This document shows, piece by piece, positions 63,211 through 64,000 of a stretch of 64,000 nt of DNA. The DNA lies in contig MU058451.1 in the NCBI GenBank assembly GCA_013265495.1, forward strand, positions 1,072,584 to 1,136,583. Direction: 5' to 3'. The notes below the pieces were generated by a model that saw nothing but the letters and a program-made list of their open reading frames with translations, was not told the DNA's origin and made no database searches. A program made the position numbers and the translations under genes. The DNA is from Vicugna vicugna (taxonomy: Eukaryota). The first letter of the stretch is position 1. Every line of letters starts with the position of its first letter.

Positions 63211-63265
63211 ATGCTGCACACCAGAAATTGATACATTATAAGTTGACTATACTTCAATCAAAAAC
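63211..63265 (+). mobile_element. extremely 5'-truncated L1 3' end (about 55 bp)
   Basis: ATGCTGCACACCAGAAATTGATACATTATAAGTTGACTATACTTCAATCAAAAAC, flanked by AAATCCAATCACA and AAATCCAAGCACA. Confidence 0.88.
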
Positions 63266-64000
63266 AAATCCAAGCACAGTACATTCTCTTGCCCATGAAG
63301 GAGCTGTTGCATATTGGTATCAACATAGTTAGAGTAGAATTAATTTCAAACTTTTCCTTTTCCCATTGTGATGAACCTAGTTTCAGAACTTTTCTGGATG
63401 CTAATGTTTTTACACTGAGAAGTGGTAGGTAAAGGAGGAAGAGGATAGGAAAACACCCCTACATTCACTCCAGGAACATTGATTGTTCGGTGGACATAAT
63501 GCTTATGAGCATTAGCTCTGAACCATATTCTGTCTACCAGACCACATACATGGCGGGAAGGGCTCAAGGCAGGGGCACTCTTGGGATCTCTCTGCATGTG
63601 AGGAGAGGAGAGTCCCAAAGACCAGAAGAGAAATCAGGGAAGCCCTCTTCTACCGCTGGGCCATCAGTCTCTATGCCTGTTATGGTATATGGAATCTACA
63701 TTTACGATAAAAAGGTAGCAGCAGGACTCAGAAGGGCACTTGAGTGAAGCATCAGAAACTACACTGTGGTCATGAGAAGAGCTAAAAATAAATGTCAAAA
63801 AAGAATGATCATTCATTGGTTCCAAATGTCCATCATTTTCTTGCCACTGCTGAGCTGTGGCCCAGAAGCCTCCTCCTGATGAAAGTACCCATTATCCTCA
63901 AATAGGAACCAGGTTGTGGCTCAACAAATTTAATTTAGACAAGGACAAGATGCCTTCCTCCAGCTCTAGAAGGAGAAGTGGATTCTACACAGAATGGATC

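Overview
AT-rich, CpG-depleted mammalian genomic DNA with no supportable protein-coding exon, structural RNA gene, CRISPR array or CpG-island promoter. It reads as intergenic or deep-intronic sequence. A tRNA-derived SINE of the camelid Vic-1 type (26828-26929) and several short, young L1 3' ends suggest a camelid (camel, alpaca or llama). Much of the window is old transposon debris: L2, MIR, L1M-type LINEs, MER5, MER20, MER103, MER47/Tigger5, MER2B, MLT1B and degraded LTRs. Several insertions have readable target-site duplications (TSDs) and two are nested. The ORFs in the track are best explained as chance or repeat-derived. The most interesting signals are four repeat-free, motif-dense enhancer-like blocks (about 19.2-19.6, 47.9-48.3, 60.6-61.3 and 62.4-62.7 kb), local CpG-rich patches, a speculative + strand microexon chain at 5.1-6.5 kb, and a duplication with an inverted insert at 17.8 kb. 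I found no convincing new biological system. Repeat family names come from recalled consensus sequences, not a database search, and boundaries of old repeats are approximate.
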